A stretch of 64,000 nucleotides of DNA from Ignavibacteriota bacterium (lineage in GTDB: Bacteria; Bacteroidota; Ignavibacteria; UBA10030): positions 160,001-224,000 of the forward strand of contig CAVSHO010000011.1 in assembly GCA_963727825.1 (NCBI GenBank), given 5' to 3'. Under the pieces are notes generated by a model. It was not told where the DNA came from. It worked only from the letters and a program-made list of their open reading frames with translations, and did no database searches. Shown one piece after another: positions 1-10,714 of the stretch. Numbering within the stretch: the stretch's first letter is position 1; each line of letters opens with the position of its first letter. The translations under genes and the position numbers were made by a program.

Positions 1-123
1 AGCACAATCGTGTTGCAGAAAATCTGTTTCATTAATAACCGTATCAGCTTTAAGTACCGATGAGTTACCCTTGTAGAGTAACTCACCGATAATTTCTTCT
101 TCAACTAGCTTTCTTGTGATCAT
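1..123 (-). CDS. N-terminal part of a hypothetical protein, weakly resembling a DnaB-helicase N-terminal domain (runs off window edge)
   Basis: Not in ORF track. ATG at 123 with AAGGA RBS; reads MITRKLVEEEIIGELLYKGNSSVLKADTVINETDFLQHDCA, similar to the E-x-x-[VI]-[LI]-G-x-LL...[ED]-DF pattern of DnaB N-domains. Confidence 0.35.
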   Translation of the reverse strand, partial: MITRKLVEEEIIGELLYKGNSSVLKADTVINETDFLQHDCA

Positions 124-143
124 ATATATCCTTGGAATTGTTA

Positions 144-567
144 TCAGGTACTGAAAGAAATTTCTATAGTTGTACTTACAGTTGGAGATAAGGGTTTATT
201 CGGTTGTTCTTCTGTAGATATTTCTATCCCAAATTCAGATATTGAAAGGAATATCTGGCGTTCGAGATGGTTATCTTTGAAGTGAAGGAACTTCCCTTTT
301 TCTAGTATATGTATTCTCGTTGTAACAAGCGGTTTAGAAAAGGGGATATGTACTACAACAAACTTAAATGTACCTGTACTTCATCAAGTCATAATTAAAA
401 CCGTAACTACCTCCAAATTGCCGGTACTTATGCCGATCCGGATTGCGTTCACAGTAAAACGCAATACCCTGAATGCGTCCTAAAATCCGATGACTTTTAT
501 ATTTTTTATCAGGTAGTAAAAGATGGACTGTTCCATTGGGAGCAATTCTAATATTAGATGTAAACAT
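144..567 (-). CDS. Hypothetical protein (mobile-element type), split by a +1 frameshift near 372
   Basis: ORF 364..567 (AGGAG RBS) continues in another frame as GTFKFVVVHIPFSKPLVTTRIHILEKGKFLHFKDNHLERQIFLSISEFG... to TGA at 144; total span 424 nt = 3n+1. Confidence 0.45.
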
Positions 568-731
568 TGTATAACTCCTAAAAATAGAAAACCGCTGAAG
601 GGAAATTATGATGAAAAACCCTCAACGGTCTCTTATTTCCAATATGTAAGTATTTTAGTATCATAATTTATTTTGATACAAGATACTTCCACGAGGAAGA
701 CTTAACTATTTTATAAATAAATTTAAGTTTT

Positions 732-1334
732 TTAAGTTTGTTTCCTCTTCTTTTTATATCCTGTTAATGAGGCGTATTGTCTCAGTTTATGATACATAGG
801 ATTTTTATCTTTGAATTCCTCTTTAGAAGGCATATCTGAAGGGCATAATTCTAATCCAATATTATGTAGAACTACAGCGGGGATTGTTTTTCCCTTAACG
901 AGATGTCTTTTTTCACATGCAGTCTTGAATTTATCTATAAAGTCGTCTTGATCTATTATATCAGAATTAGTTTTATTTTTGTTTGCATCATTTGACGATG
1001 GAACGGTAAGAATGCCGGATAATGAAGGTTCGATAGAAGACTGTATTTGTATTTTCTCATCTTCCTTACGTCGAAGTTTTTCAAAAGCGTATTCTTTTGC
1101 CCTTACTTCCGATAATTTTTCTTCATGTTCAAGTAATTTCAATTTATGTATCAACTGCATTTTTTTCTCTTCAAGCTTAGGTATTTCTGGATTTACAAAT
1201 GGACTTTGGCGCTTCTTTTCGATTTCATCATCTATTGCTGAAATCTTAGCCAGAATTGATTTATTTTCATCATCGCCATCCATAATTAAATCTTTACGAT
1301 TGAAAATTAAATCATTAAATTTAATCTTTTTCAT
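732..1334 (-). CDS. Hypothetical protein, charged/coiled-coil rich
   Basis: 200-aa ORF starting 3 nt after the upstream gene's stop; no recognisable family. Confidence 0.6.
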   Translation of the reverse strand: MKKIKFNDLIFNRKDLIMDGDDENKSILAKISAIDDEIEKKRQSPFVNPEIPKLEEKKMQLIHKLKLLEHEEKLSEVRAKEYAFEKLRRKEDEKIQIQSSIEPSLSGILTVPSSNDANKNKTNSDIIDQDDFIDKFKTACEKRHLVKGKTIPAVVLHNIGLELCPSDMPSKEEFKDKNPMYHKLRQYASLTGYKKKRKQT

Positions 1335-1337
1335 AGA

Positions 1338-1925
1338 CTAAAAATCTTTCTTCAAGTATTCGTTGGCTATTCTCATATTTTGATAATTAATTTTAAGCCC
1401 ATAATTCACGCCTCCTGGAAATACTTCCAGAAATATTGCACAAGTGTCTTTCCCTTTATTGACAAAGCACCATTGAGCCTCAGTTGTCTCTCGATCAATA
1501 ATATTCAATTCTTGGCAACTATCGCTTTTGAAAAGTGCAACGTCTACTTCTGGTTTCCCATATTTCTTGGAAATTGCGCTCTTAATCGACCACAACTTCC
1601 GGATAAAATATTCGCATTTAATATCGTCAAGAAATACCATGCCAGCAAAAAAACTTTTGTTATGAAAATAAATTGCAAATTGATTGACTTTTTCACTCGC
1701 AAACATGCCGCCATAAAAAACCATTATTTCCTTATTGCTTTTTACAGTATCAAAATGGACACCGTCCCGTTTAAGCATTTTCGATTTAACAGTTTCTGAG
1801 TTGTCGCCCCACCTCAAATCAAGAAATCCATTAAGCGTCTTTCCTTGATCTTGTGCTACTAGTTCTTGATTAGTTAAGAATTCCCCCAAAAATAATATTG
1901 AAATTAGAAAAATAATCTTGTTCAT
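1338..1925 (-). CDS. Hypothetical secreted protein
   Basis: 195 aa, AGGAGG RBS, signal peptide (MNKIIFLISILFLG...LVAQ). Confidence 0.7.
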   Translation of the reverse strand: MNKIIFLISILFLGEFLTNQELVAQDQGKTLNGFLDLRWGDNSETVKSKMLKRDGVHFDTVKSNKEIMVFYGGMFASEKVNQFAIYFHNKSFFAGMVFLDDIKCEYFIRKLWSIKSAISKKYGKPEVDVALFKSDSCQELNIIDRETTEAQWCFVNKGKDTCAIFLEVFPGGVNYGLKINYQNMRIANEYLKKDF

Positions 1926-2538
1926 ATAAAGTTACCTCCTACAAAATGGTATTAAGCACAAGAATATTTATTGTGCAAATATACTAACTTCTTTAATAAA
2001 ATTTTGAGAAAAATATTTGTCGACTATTATTTAGAGCTCTATACCCCCTAAATGTCCCTCTACCCCCCGTCGTTATCTGAGTAATTTTCATTTTTGATAT
2101 TTTAAATATACAGATATTCAAGATAGAGTATACTTTTGAAGCGATCATTAAGAGCATTAATTGTCTTCATATCCATCAACTAAAGCAATCATTGAATTAT
2201 GGTTTATACCCTATACACGAAGTTGGATGAAAGAAAAAAATATTCTGACGGTGACGAACTAAAAGGACAGGGATAAACCTCATATAAGCTCCACTTGCCT
2301 TCCGTTTCTTTGTTTTGTAAATTGACATTGACTTAAAGAAACATGCTTCCCAAGATAGTAAAAAGAAATTTACTCGAAAGAGTAGAACCTCAAGTGTTTG
2401 GGAATTGGAAGCTCCGTTTCGCTTGAGGTTTCTTATTCGTGGCATTGGTGACTATTTTGGGCACTGACAGAGTGAAATAAAATCGAAACTTCACTCAACA
2501 CGATAGAAGAAATTGTCGAAAAAAGATTGTTTTCTTTT

Positions 2539-2612
2539 GCACCCATAGCTCAATTGGATAGAGCGGCAGCCTACGGAGCTGTAGGTTGGGGGTTCGACTC
2601 CCTCTGGGTGCA
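2539..2612 (+). tRNA. tRNA-Arg(ACG)
   Basis: Cloverleaf: acceptor GCACCCA/TGGGTGC, anticodon arm GCAGC-CTACGGA-GCTGT, T-loop GTTCGAC; CCA not encoded. Confidence 0.95.
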
Positions 2613-2615
2613 CAT

Positions 2616-2650
2616 AAAAAAGCTCTGAACTCACAGGGCTTTTTCTTTGT
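2616..2650. terminator. Probable bidirectional intrinsic terminator between tRNA-Arg and the U32 gene
   Basis: AAAAAAGCTCTG...CAGGGCTTTTT hairpin with A/T tails on both sides, between convergent genes. Confidence 0.7.
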
Positions 2651-2651
2651 T

Positions 2652-4481
2652 TTATTCTAGCACGATTCTCATCTGGCAAGATTCACAATCAAACTCCAGA
2701 CGATATTTATTCCTTGTATCCTCCAAAAATAATGGTTCTGCATCGGAGATATTTTTACCTGTACAAAGACCATATTGGAAACGTAAACAGTGCTTCATCG
2801 TCATCACTGTCTTTCCCTTAGTTACATTTTGAAGCTCAAATGCATTTTCAATATTTTCTACACCATGCCTACGATAGAATGCCTCCGCCTTCTTATTTGC
2901 AACATTTGCCATATAATCTAAATGCGCTTCCGGATACGGTTCATTGTTGGGTTGAATAAATGAAATTTTTCTGTTGTATAGTTTCAATCGTGATTCTTCC
3001 AATTGGCGTATTCCTTCACGCCGCATTTCATTAAGTATACTGATGGGAAGAAAATATGGTTGATTCCAAACCACATTCATTTCTTCGCAAATAAAAATCG
3101 TATCACCTAATTTTGTAAGTTGGTGGTGAACAGTTTCCTCTGCCTGATTTTTGCTTTTTGCAGGTTTTTTTTCATAAGCTCGATCAATTTTTATTTTAAC
3201 GCCATTTTCATCTTCAATGTAAACGGTAAAGCCATCATTTGATTCAATAAATTGCATTTTCACTGCAATTAAGCGCTTTGTTTTATCTGCTTGAAGTTCC
3301 TTTGCAAATACATAATCATAATTGCGATAAATCATTGTTCCAACTTCAAGCCCATCGATTTCAGAAGGAAATATTTTCTTTCCTTCTATCTTATTTATAT
3401 TTGTGCCCAACAAATCATTCTGCGCATTGAAAAAACAGATCCCATCTCCATTATGCAGCGTTTCTTCCGTCTCCAGAATAAAGCAATTTCGTTCTATCTG
3501 TTTCACCTTTCCTAAATATGCACCGGTGGATTTCGGTGTGTATGGAGAAAGGATATCTTTAGTCCGACGTTGAATGAAATGTTCAGTAAATCCGCGATTG
3601 AATGTTTTAAATAAATTTGGTTGAAATGTTATCATTGTTTTCCCGGTCGATGCCCGGGCAAGCGAACCATCCTTTTCTATTATCTCATCAATTCTTTGTC
3701 TGTAGAATGCCGTAACATTTTTAACATAGTTGATGTCTTTCAAGCGTCCTTCAATCTTAAATGAAGACACGCCTGCATCAATCAAATCGCGAAGATATTC
3801 AGAAAGATTTAAATCCTTGAGTGAGAGCAGATATTTATTCTGTTCAATTATGTTTCCTGAATTATCTTTAAGCGTGTAAGGCAAACGACATGGCTGTGCA
3901 CATTCGCCGCGGTTTGCGCTTCTCCCTTGCGTTGCCTGACTGAGATAGCATTGTCCGCTGAAACTGACGCACAATGCACCGTGGATGAAAAACTCTAAAT
4001 CTATATTTGTATTCGACCTAATTTCGCGCAATTGTTTCAGCGATAATTCTCGCGCTAATATAACACGCTGGAATCCAACTTTCTCAAGAAATTGAATCTT
4101 CTTCAACGAATAATTGTGCGTTTGTGTGCTGGCAAACAACGGAAGCGGCGGCAAGTCAAGTTCCAATAATCCCATATCCTGAATGATTAGAGCATCTGCA
4201 CCTGCCTCATATACAGATCGAGCAAGAGCAAGCGCCTCGTCTAATTCATCATCATACAAAATCGTATTCAGCGTAATATAAACTTTTGACCAATAGCGAT
4301 GTGCATAGTTCACAAGTTTAGCTATGTCATCTAACGAATTACCTGCAGCAGTGCGCGCACCAAACTTTGGTGCACCAATATATACTGCATCTGCGCCGTG
4401 ATTAATTGCAGCTATGCCCGTTGCTAAATTTTTAGCCGGAGAGAGAAGTTCTATACGACGGTTGCGTTCTTTATTATTCAT
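2652..4481 (-). CDS. rlhA: U32-family protein with C-terminal DUF3656-type region; RlhA-like 23S rRNA hydroxylase
   Basis: ELLSPA...GADAVYIG..FGAR, HGALCVSFSGQC...NRGECAQPCR Fe-S motif, KIEGRLK; 609 aa matches the long RlhA/YdcP class. Confidence 0.75.
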   Translation of the reverse strand: MNNKERNRRIELLSPAKNLATGIAAINHGADAVYIGAPKFGARTAAGNSLDDIAKLVNYAHRYWSKVYITLNTILYDDELDEALALARSVYEAGADALIIQDMGLLELDLPPLPLFASTQTHNYSLKKIQFLEKVGFQRVILARELSLKQLREIRSNTNIDLEFFIHGALCVSFSGQCYLSQATQGRSANRGECAQPCRLPYTLKDNSGNIIEQNKYLLSLKDLNLSEYLRDLIDAGVSSFKIEGRLKDINYVKNVTAFYRQRIDEIIEKDGSLARASTGKTMITFQPNLFKTFNRGFTEHFIQRRTKDILSPYTPKSTGAYLGKVKQIERNCFILETEETLHNGDGICFFNAQNDLLGTNINKIEGKKIFPSEIDGLEVGTMIYRNYDYVFAKELQADKTKRLIAVKMQFIESNDGFTVYIEDENGVKIKIDRAYEKKPAKSKNQAEETVHHQLTKLGDTIFICEEMNVVWNQPYFLPISILNEMRREGIRQLEESRLKLYNRKISFIQPNNEPYPEAHLDYMANVANKKAEAFYRRHGVENIENAFELQNVTKGKTVMTMKHCLRFQYGLCTGKNISDAEPLFLEDTRNKYRLEFDCESCQMRIVLE

Positions 4482-4585
4482 TCAGCAATTTCCTATATAG
4501 TAAGGTAGATAAACTTCTCCTTCCCCTCAAATTGATAGCGCAGAAAAACTTCCGTATATTTCAAATAAAATAATAGGAGAATTTT

Positions 4586-5641
4586 TTGCAGAATCGCGAT
4601 AATAAGGAATGGATTCCAACAAATCCTGACTATGATCCCAACAAACCAATGCAGGTCGGCGGACAAGCAGTTATTGAAGGTGTAATGATGCGCGCGCCTG
4701 GTTCAGTTGCCACGGCAGTGCGACGGGCAAATGGACAAATCGTAGTTCAACATCAGGAATATAAATCGGTTACGGAAAAATATAAATGGCTGAATGTGCC
4801 AATCTTGCGTGGTGCAGTTGGGCTTATCGATATGATGTATCTCGGCATGAAAACACTCAACTTTTCTGCCGAGATTGCAATGCTTGATGTTGAGACTGAA
4901 GAGACAAAGAAAAATGGTAAAACAGGTGAAAATAATTCTGAGAATAAAACTAAACCTCAGTCAAAGTTAGCACTTGTAGCAACGCTTGTATTTGCACTCG
5001 CTCTTGGAATAGGTGTTTTCTTTATCGTCCCGTTATATCTTACAACCAAAGTATTCGCAATTGAACAAACTGCAATGATGTTCAACCTCGTGGCTGGCGC
5101 TATTCGCATTACGATCTTGCTTCTTTATATGGCTGGTATTTCATTGATGAAAGATATCCAGCAGCTTTTTCGTTATCACGGCGCGGAACATAAATCTGTA
5201 TTCGCGTATGAATTGAAAGGCTCACTCGTCCCAGAGTCCGTGGTAAAATACAGTCGTTTTCATCCTCGGTGCGGCACAAGTTTTTTACTTATCGTTGCAT
5301 TTGTCGCAATTCTTTCCTTCAGTCTTCTTGATGCATTCTTACTGATCTTTATTGGCAAGATCACATTGTCAATCCGTCTGTTGACGCATTTGCCTTTTAT
5401 CCCCGTCGTTGGCGGTTTGGCATATGAAATTATTAGATTTTCTGCAAAGCATGGAACAACTTGGTGGGGTAAAACATTGATCGCGCCTGGACTTTGGCTT
5501 CAACATATTACAACGAAGGAGCCTACCGAGCCGCAAATAGAAGTTGCTTTGGTAGCACTCAAATGTGCTTTAGGTCAAGAAGATCCAAACAAATATATTC
5601 TACAACCCGGTCCCGCAGTGGTTTCTTCAACCAAAGCATAA
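4586..5641 (+). CDS. DUF1385 (YqhQ-like) membrane protein
   Basis: [37 protein letters not shown] motifs; typical neighbour of prfA. Confidence 0.9.
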   Translation: MQNRDNKEWIPTNPDYDPNKPMQVGGQAVIEGVMMRAPGSVATAVRRANGQIVVQHQEYKSVTEKYKWLNVPILRGAVGLIDMMYLGMKTLNFSAEIAMLDVETEETKKNGKTGENNSENKTKPQSKLALVATLVFALALGIGVFFIVPLYLTTKVFAIEQTAMMFNLVAGAIRITILLLYMAGISLMKDIQQLFRYHGAEHKSVFAYELKGSLVPESVVKYSRFHPRCGTSFLLIVAFVAILSFSLLDAFLLIFIGKITLSIRLLTHLPFIPVVGGLAYEIIRFSAKHGTTWWGKTLIAPGLWLQHITTKEPTEPQIEVALVALKCALGQEDPNKYILQPGPAVVSSTKA

Positions 5642-5648
5642 TATTGTT

Positions 5649-6719
5649 ATGATTGATAAGTTAGAAAAAATATTTCAGCGGTACGATGAAGTCAGCAAAT
5701 TGATGAGCGATCCGGCAATTGTTGCTGATCAGCAAAAAAGTCGAGAATTAGGAAAAGAATTTCATTCTTTGGAAATGGTTGTAAAAGCTGGGATTCGTTA
5801 TAAAAAGGTTTATCACGATTTCAACGGAAGCAAAGAGTTATTGGATTCTACAAGCGATCCAGAAATGAAATCGCTTGCACAGGAAGAATACGATCGGCTT
5901 AAGGTGGAATTAGCCCGGCTTGAAGAAGAAATGAAGATGTTGCTGATTCCTTCTGATCCGAACGATTCGAAAAATTTTATTATGGAAATTCGTGCAGGCA
6001 CCGGTGGCGAGGAAGCTGCAATATTTGCTGCAGATTTGTATAGAATGTACACGCGCTATTCGGAAAGGAAAAGTTGGAAAGTCGAGATAATGGATTGGAA
6101 TGAAACAGGCAAAGGCGGCTTTAAAGAAATTGTCTTTGCAGTATCTGGCGAAGGCGCATATGGAGAAATGAAATATGAAAGCGGTGTGCATCGGGTCCAG
6201 CGTGTGCCGGAAACAGAAGCACAAGGGCGTGTGCATACTTCAGCGGCATCCGTAGTTGTGCTGCCTGAAGTTGAAGATGTAGAAATAGACATCAACCCGG
6301 CTGATCTTCAAATTGACACATATCGCTCGGGCGGCAAAGGCGGGCAGAATGTAAATAAAGTTGAAACAGCAGTACGTATTACGCACAAACCAAGCGGAAT
6401 TATTGTTGCCTGCCAACAAGAGCGCTCGCAATTTCAAAATCGTGAACGAGCGATGAAAATGCTGCGCGCTAAATTATACGAGATGAAACTTGAAGAGCAA
6501 ACAAAATCTACCGCGGCGCAGCGAAAGTCGATGGTGAAGAGCGGTGATAGAAGTGATAAAATCCGAACATATAATTTTCCGCAAAACCGGCTAACCGATC
6601 ATCGCATCGGATATACAATTTATAGCTTGGACCGCGTGATTGATGGTGACTTAGATGCATTAATCGAGCAATTGCGGATAGCCGATCGCGCTGAAAAACT
6701 ACAAAACGCAACGGCATAA
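5649..6719 (+). CDS. prfA: Peptide chain release factor 1
   Basis: [25 protein letters not shown] (PxT), [17 protein letters not shown]. Confidence 0.97.
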   Translation: MIDKLEKIFQRYDEVSKLMSDPAIVADQQKSRELGKEFHSLEMVVKAGIRYKKVYHDFNGSKELLDSTSDPEMKSLAQEEYDRLKVELARLEEEMKMLLIPSDPNDSKNFIMEIRAGTGGEEAAIFAADLYRMYTRYSERKSWKVEIMDWNETGKGGFKEIVFAVSGEGAYGEMKYESGVHRVQRVPETEAQGRVHTSAASVVVLPEVEDVEIDINPADLQIDTYRSGGKGGQNVNKVETAVRITHKPSGIIVACQQERSQFQNRERAMKMLRAKLYEMKLEEQTKSTAAQRKSMVKSGDRSDKIRTYNFPQNRLTDHRIGYTIYSLDRVIDGDLDALIEQLRIADRAEKLQNATA

Positions 6720-6725
6720 TTTTGC

Positions 6726-7196
6726 CTATCGTTTTTTTTGAAAAGTTCTCTTCTTTGCAAAAAACTCTTTTAGTAATGATTCGCTTTCCTTATCGCAAAT
6801 TCCTCCTACAACATGAACGCTATGATTCAGCCGTGGATCTTCGACAATATTATACAATGTTCCGCAAGACCCGGCTTTTGGATCATACGAACTGAATACA
6901 AGTGTCGGAATGCGAGCAAGAACAATAGCGCCTGCACACATCGGGCAAGGTTCTAACGTCACATAAAGCGTGCAATTCTCTAATCTTCGCGAATGCATAT
7001 AATTTGAAGCAGCAGTAATTGCAATCATTTCGGCGTGAGCAGTGGGATCTTGCAGTAGTTCTATCTGATTATATCCCCTGCCGATAATCTCCCCTTTATG
7101 CACAACGATTGCCCCCACCGGCACTTCATTTGCATCGAAGGCGCGCTGCGCTTCTTGAATCGCTGTTTTCATCCATTGCGCATGCGGCGTCATCAT
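6726..7196 (-). CDS. tadA: tRNA adenosine(34) deaminase
   Basis: [21 protein letters not shown] motifs, 156 aa. Confidence 0.9.
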   Translation of the reverse strand: MMTPHAQWMKTAIQEAQRAFDANEVPVGAIVVHKGEIIGRGYNQIELLQDPTAHAEMIAITAASNYMHSRRLENCTLYVTLEPCPMCAGAIVLARIPTLVFSSYDPKAGSCGTLYNIVEDPRLNHSVHVVGGICDKESESLLKEFFAKKRTFQKKR

Positions 7197-7310
7197 AAAT
7201 ACTTTATAGTGCTATCGTGATTGCTTAGCTGATACGGTTTGTAGGAAATGTTCTAACTAACAGCGCTTCTTGACGCTATATCGCCAGCTTGTGAATCAAT
7301 AGATTGCGCA

Positions 7311-7820
7311 TTATACGTGTTCAACTTTTGAGAAATCCGATAATGCTGCAATTATCCGATTCACTTCTTCACCAATTGTATCAAGTTGGCGCATTATTTT
7401 CAGATTGCCTGCAGCAGCTTTATGTGCAGATCCGAGTGTGAGCACAATAATTGATAGCGGGTTATTAATGTGATGCTGTATACCACGAGCTACTTCGTGC
7501 AGTGTTTTAAGCTGTGTTTGCTGAAGCTGCATTTCTCGTTCAGCAATGAGTCTTTGCTCTTCGCTTTCGTGCAGTTTTGTCCTGATTTCAATAACATTCA
7601 CCAATGCTACAGCAAGAAGCCACAAAAATGGAAAGGCGTCAAAACTGTCAATTATATTCTCAATAAATAATGAAGTATGGAAGGTAATGTACTTCACTCT
7701 GATAAAATAATGTATGATGCAAAATAATAGATAGCCGTAAATGAATAACCCAGAAAGAACCGCTGGGTATTTTATGCAAAAATTTTTCACCTTTTCATAA
7801 ATCTTTTTGATGGGGTTCAT
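7311..7820 (-). CDS. Membrane protein with HisKA-like H-box but no ATPase domain
   Basis: Two hydrophobic segments, a coiled coil, then IQHHINNPLSII; ends ~50 aa later. Confidence 0.65.
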   Translation of the reverse strand: MNPIKKIYEKVKNFCIKYPAVLSGLFIYGYLLFCIIHYFIRVKYITFHTSLFIENIIDSFDAFPFLWLLAVALVNVIEIRTKLHESEEQRLIAEREMQLQQTQLKTLHEVARGIQHHINNPLSIIVLTLGSAHKAAAGNLKIMRQLDTIGEEVNRIIAALSDFSKVEHV

Positions 7821-7887
7821 CTGAAGTACTCCCCGAATATTGTTCGATGGATATTGATAATTTCAACCAAACTAATTTAAGATATTG

Positions 7888-7961
7888 TGCACCCGGAGGG
7901 AGTCGAACCCCCAACCCTCAGATCCGAAGTCTGATGCTCTATCCAATTGAGCTACGGGTGC
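7888..7961 (-). tRNA. tRNA-Arg(UCG)
   Basis: Reverse complement GCACCCGTAGCTCAATTGGATAGAGCATCAGACTTCGGATCTGAGGGTTGGGGGTTCGACTCCCTCCGGGTGCA; anticodon TCG. Confidence 0.95.
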
Positions 7962-8197
7962 ATTAGCACACAAGACAAAATCCATTATTTGTTATTAAGA
8001 TTGAACCATGTGCATACCTTAATACAGATCCCGCCATAAAATGTTATGATTCTAAAAAATGCTGCTATTCGATATAAAACACATCGCAGATAATTTCCGA
8101 ATTACATGTGCAAATCAATATTTCCTAGTGCGCTAATAATTTACAAAACAAACCCACATCTTGCAACAATACAACTATTCTACATATTTCTGATAAT

Positions 8198-10030
8198 TTA
8201 TAGGTTAAGAAGTTGGATAATGTCGAATCTCTTCATTCTGGAAAGTTCAACTTTGAGTTCCTTGCGTTTATCTTTGTCATAGAGAAAGAAAAAGAGCTGC
8301 TGAATTTTCTTTTCCTTTATCGAACGCGGTATATTTATTTTTTCCAAAGTGTAAGGATCGAACCCAGTATAGAACATCACTGAAGCAAGTGTCATGGGTG
8401 TTGGCGTAAAATCCTGAACCTGTTCTAGCTTGATATTCAGTTTTTGCATTTGGACAGAAATATCGGCCATATCATCAAGCCCGCTCGCCGGTAGGCTCGA
8501 AATAAAATATGGGATCAATTGCTGGTTTAATCCATATTCCCGGCAAATTCCTAGGAATCGGTTATATAAATTAATGAATAAATCAAAGGAAGGTTTGCGC
8601 AAGAGTTTTAAAACTTTCTCCGAAGTATGTTCCGGGGCAACTTTTAATCTCCCAGAAACATGATGGAGAACAAGCTCCTTGAAATATTCGAGCGACGAAG
8701 GATTGATAGGCTTATTCTTTTTATCGAGAATAAGATCATACCTGATCCCGCTTCCAACCGTAATTTTTTTAATGCCTTTCACCTTCCTTGACTCTTTATA
8801 CAATTCGATGAGAGGAGTGCAATCGGCATCTAAATTCTTGCATAGAATAGGGTACAAACACGATGGTCGTTTGCATGCGGCACATTGTTTAGAGTTAATG
8901 CCACTCATCATGTACATATTTGCTGAAGGACCGCCTAAATCGGTAATGTGGCCTTTAAAAGATGGAGCAACGGCAATAGTTTTCAATTCTTTCAGTATAG
9001 AAGCCTGTGAGCGGCTTGAAATAAACTTTCCTTGATGAGCAGAAATTGTACAGAACGAACATCCTCCAAAACATCCTCGATGAATCGTGACAGAATCTTT
9101 GATCATTTCATACGCCGGGATCAGCTCTTTTCTATTATATCTTGGATGCGGCCGGCGAGTGAACGGCAGATTATAAATACTGTCGATTTCTGTTTGCGAG
9201 AGCACCGGAAACGGTGGATTGACTATGATGTATACATCCCCAATTTTTTCAGCAAGAGGCCGTTGTTCAATTTTATTTGATTCCTCTTCGATCATCACAA
9301 AATTGCGGGCAAATGCTTTCTTGCTTATCACACATTCTTCATAAGATGCAAGCGAAACTATTTTATCATTTCGTGTGAATGGAAATTCTTTTGTGCAAAA
9401 AGTCGTTTGGGGAATTTGTGTTATGCTTTCAATGTTTTCGCCGTTGCTTAATCTGCCAGCTATTGCGACAACAGCTTTTTCTGCCATTCCATAAGCAATC
9501 AAATCTGCGCTTGAATCGATTAATATGGAAGGCCTCAAAGAGTCGCTCCAATAATCATAATGCGTAAGGCGGCGAAGCGAAGCTTCAATACCCCCAATAA
9601 TTAAGGGAACATGAGGATAAAGCGATTTCAGTATTTTTGAATAGATTTGTACTGCATAATCGGGCCTCTGCCCTGCTTTATCTCCGGGAGTAAATGCATC
9701 GTTTGAACGGAGGCGTTTGTTTGCTGTGTAATGATTCACCATGGAATCCATATTCCCCGATGTAACTCCGAAAAACAACCTGGGCACTCCCATTTTTTTA
9801 AAGTCCCTAAGATCATCGCGCCAATTAGGTTGCGGAACAATGGCGACTTTATATCCTGCTTTTTCTAGTATTCGAGCAATAATCGCTGCACCAAATGCCG
9901 GATGGTCAACAAATGCATCTCCTGTAAATATAATAACGTCGGCTTGTTCCCAACCGAGTTCTTGCATTTCTTTTAGAGAAGTGGGAAAGGTGTTCCCTTT
10001 TTTATTTACTTGAGTCCAATTACTTTTCAT
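8198..10030 (-). CDS. ygiQ: YgiQ/UPF0313-family radical SAM protein
   Basis: TGDAFVDHPAFG, GNMDSMVNHYT, RGCFGGCSFC, DLGGPSANMY, KVAPEH, QVQDFTPTPMT. Confidence 0.9.
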   Translation of the reverse strand: MKSNWTQVNKKGNTFPTSLKEMQELGWEQADVIIFTGDAFVDHPAFGAAIIARILEKAGYKVAIVPQPNWRDDLRDFKKMGVPRLFFGVTSGNMDSMVNHYTANKRLRSNDAFTPGDKAGQRPDYAVQIYSKILKSLYPHVPLIIGGIEASLRRLTHYDYWSDSLRPSILIDSSADLIAYGMAEKAVVAIAGRLSNGENIESITQIPQTTFCTKEFPFTRNDKIVSLASYEECVISKKAFARNFVMIEEESNKIEQRPLAEKIGDVYIIVNPPFPVLSQTEIDSIYNLPFTRRPHPRYNRKELIPAYEMIKDSVTIHRGCFGGCSFCTISAHQGKFISSRSQASILKELKTIAVAPSFKGHITDLGGPSANMYMMSGINSKQCAACKRPSCLYPILCKNLDADCTPLIELYKESRKVKGIKKITVGSGIRYDLILDKKNKPINPSSLEYFKELVLHHVSGRLKVAPEHTSEKVLKLLRKPSFDLFINLYNRFLGICREYGLNQQLIPYFISSLPASGLDDMADISVQMQKLNIKLEQVQDFTPTPMTLASVMFYTGFDPYTLEKINIPRSIKEKKIQQLFFFLYDKDKRKELKVELSRMKRFDIIQLLNL

Positions 10031-10286
10031 TTTTCTATTTATAGTCTCTGATTTTGCATTATTTAATAATGTACGTTATTAATTTTTTTCTTGCTTAGAA
10101 TGGAGACATCTACTAAGAAAAATAAATATTATCTCAACGGCATAGTGTATCGTCGACCAAAGGGCAGTAATCAACAGTTGTCAGATTTTTTTTTAATTTA
10201 GGTGAAGAAGGATCGAAAGGAGGTTTTATGCTAAAGTAGGTTAGAGAAATCTTATTAATCACAGCCATCTCACTGATATTTGAATG

Positions 10287-10691
10287 CTACCATTCCTTCA
10301 GGCTCAATGTCACCGTTCTTCCTAAACGTATACCTGATATTACGGTGCAAGAAATATTCTGATCTGTTTCGATCACTTTGCCATGTCCGATAACTACATT
10401 CTTTGGAATTCCATCAGATAGGTCAACTATACCAAAACTTGTACCTTTCTCGCTTGACACTTGAATTAAAAGCTTCGTCTTCGCCGGCATCGGTTTGTTA
10501 ATGGATGCCATGATCTTCCAATTGTTGGAATAGGTCGACAGGTTATAGTGTTGCTCTACCATTTTACTGTGAAAAGCGAGGAATCGATTGGAACCATTGT
10601 TCACCGAAATGAAACCTAAGAGCCTTATTTCATATGCACCGAGTGATGCTATTGACAGGAAGAATACAAGCACTAATAAACATTTTCGCAT
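10287..10691 (-). CDS. Small secreted beta-rich (pilin-like) protein, paralog 1
   Basis: Signal peptide, GGAGG RBS, near-identical to ORFs ending at 11243 and 11943; alternating C-terminal strand RTVTLSLKEW. Confidence 0.75.
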   Translation of the reverse strand: MRKCLLVLVFFLSIASLGAYEIRLLGFISVNNGSNRFLAFHSKMVEQHYNLSTYSNNWKIMASINKPMPAKTKLLIQVSSEKGTSFGIVDLSDGIPKNVVIGHGKVIETDQNISCTVISGIRLGRTVTLSLKEW

Positions 10692-10714
10692 TTTTTAAAT
10701 CCCTCCATTCATCA

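Noticed and set aside
2539-2612. tRNA-Arg(ACG) as the attachment site of the left-edge element
   Set aside because: The element lies 5' of the tRNA and no duplicated tRNA 3' fragment is seen; the similar sequence at 7888 is a complete second tRNA.
2197-2832. ORFs 2197..2445, 2491..2679 and 2647..2832
   Set aside because: No motifs; two overlap the tRNA or lie antisense to the U32 gene.
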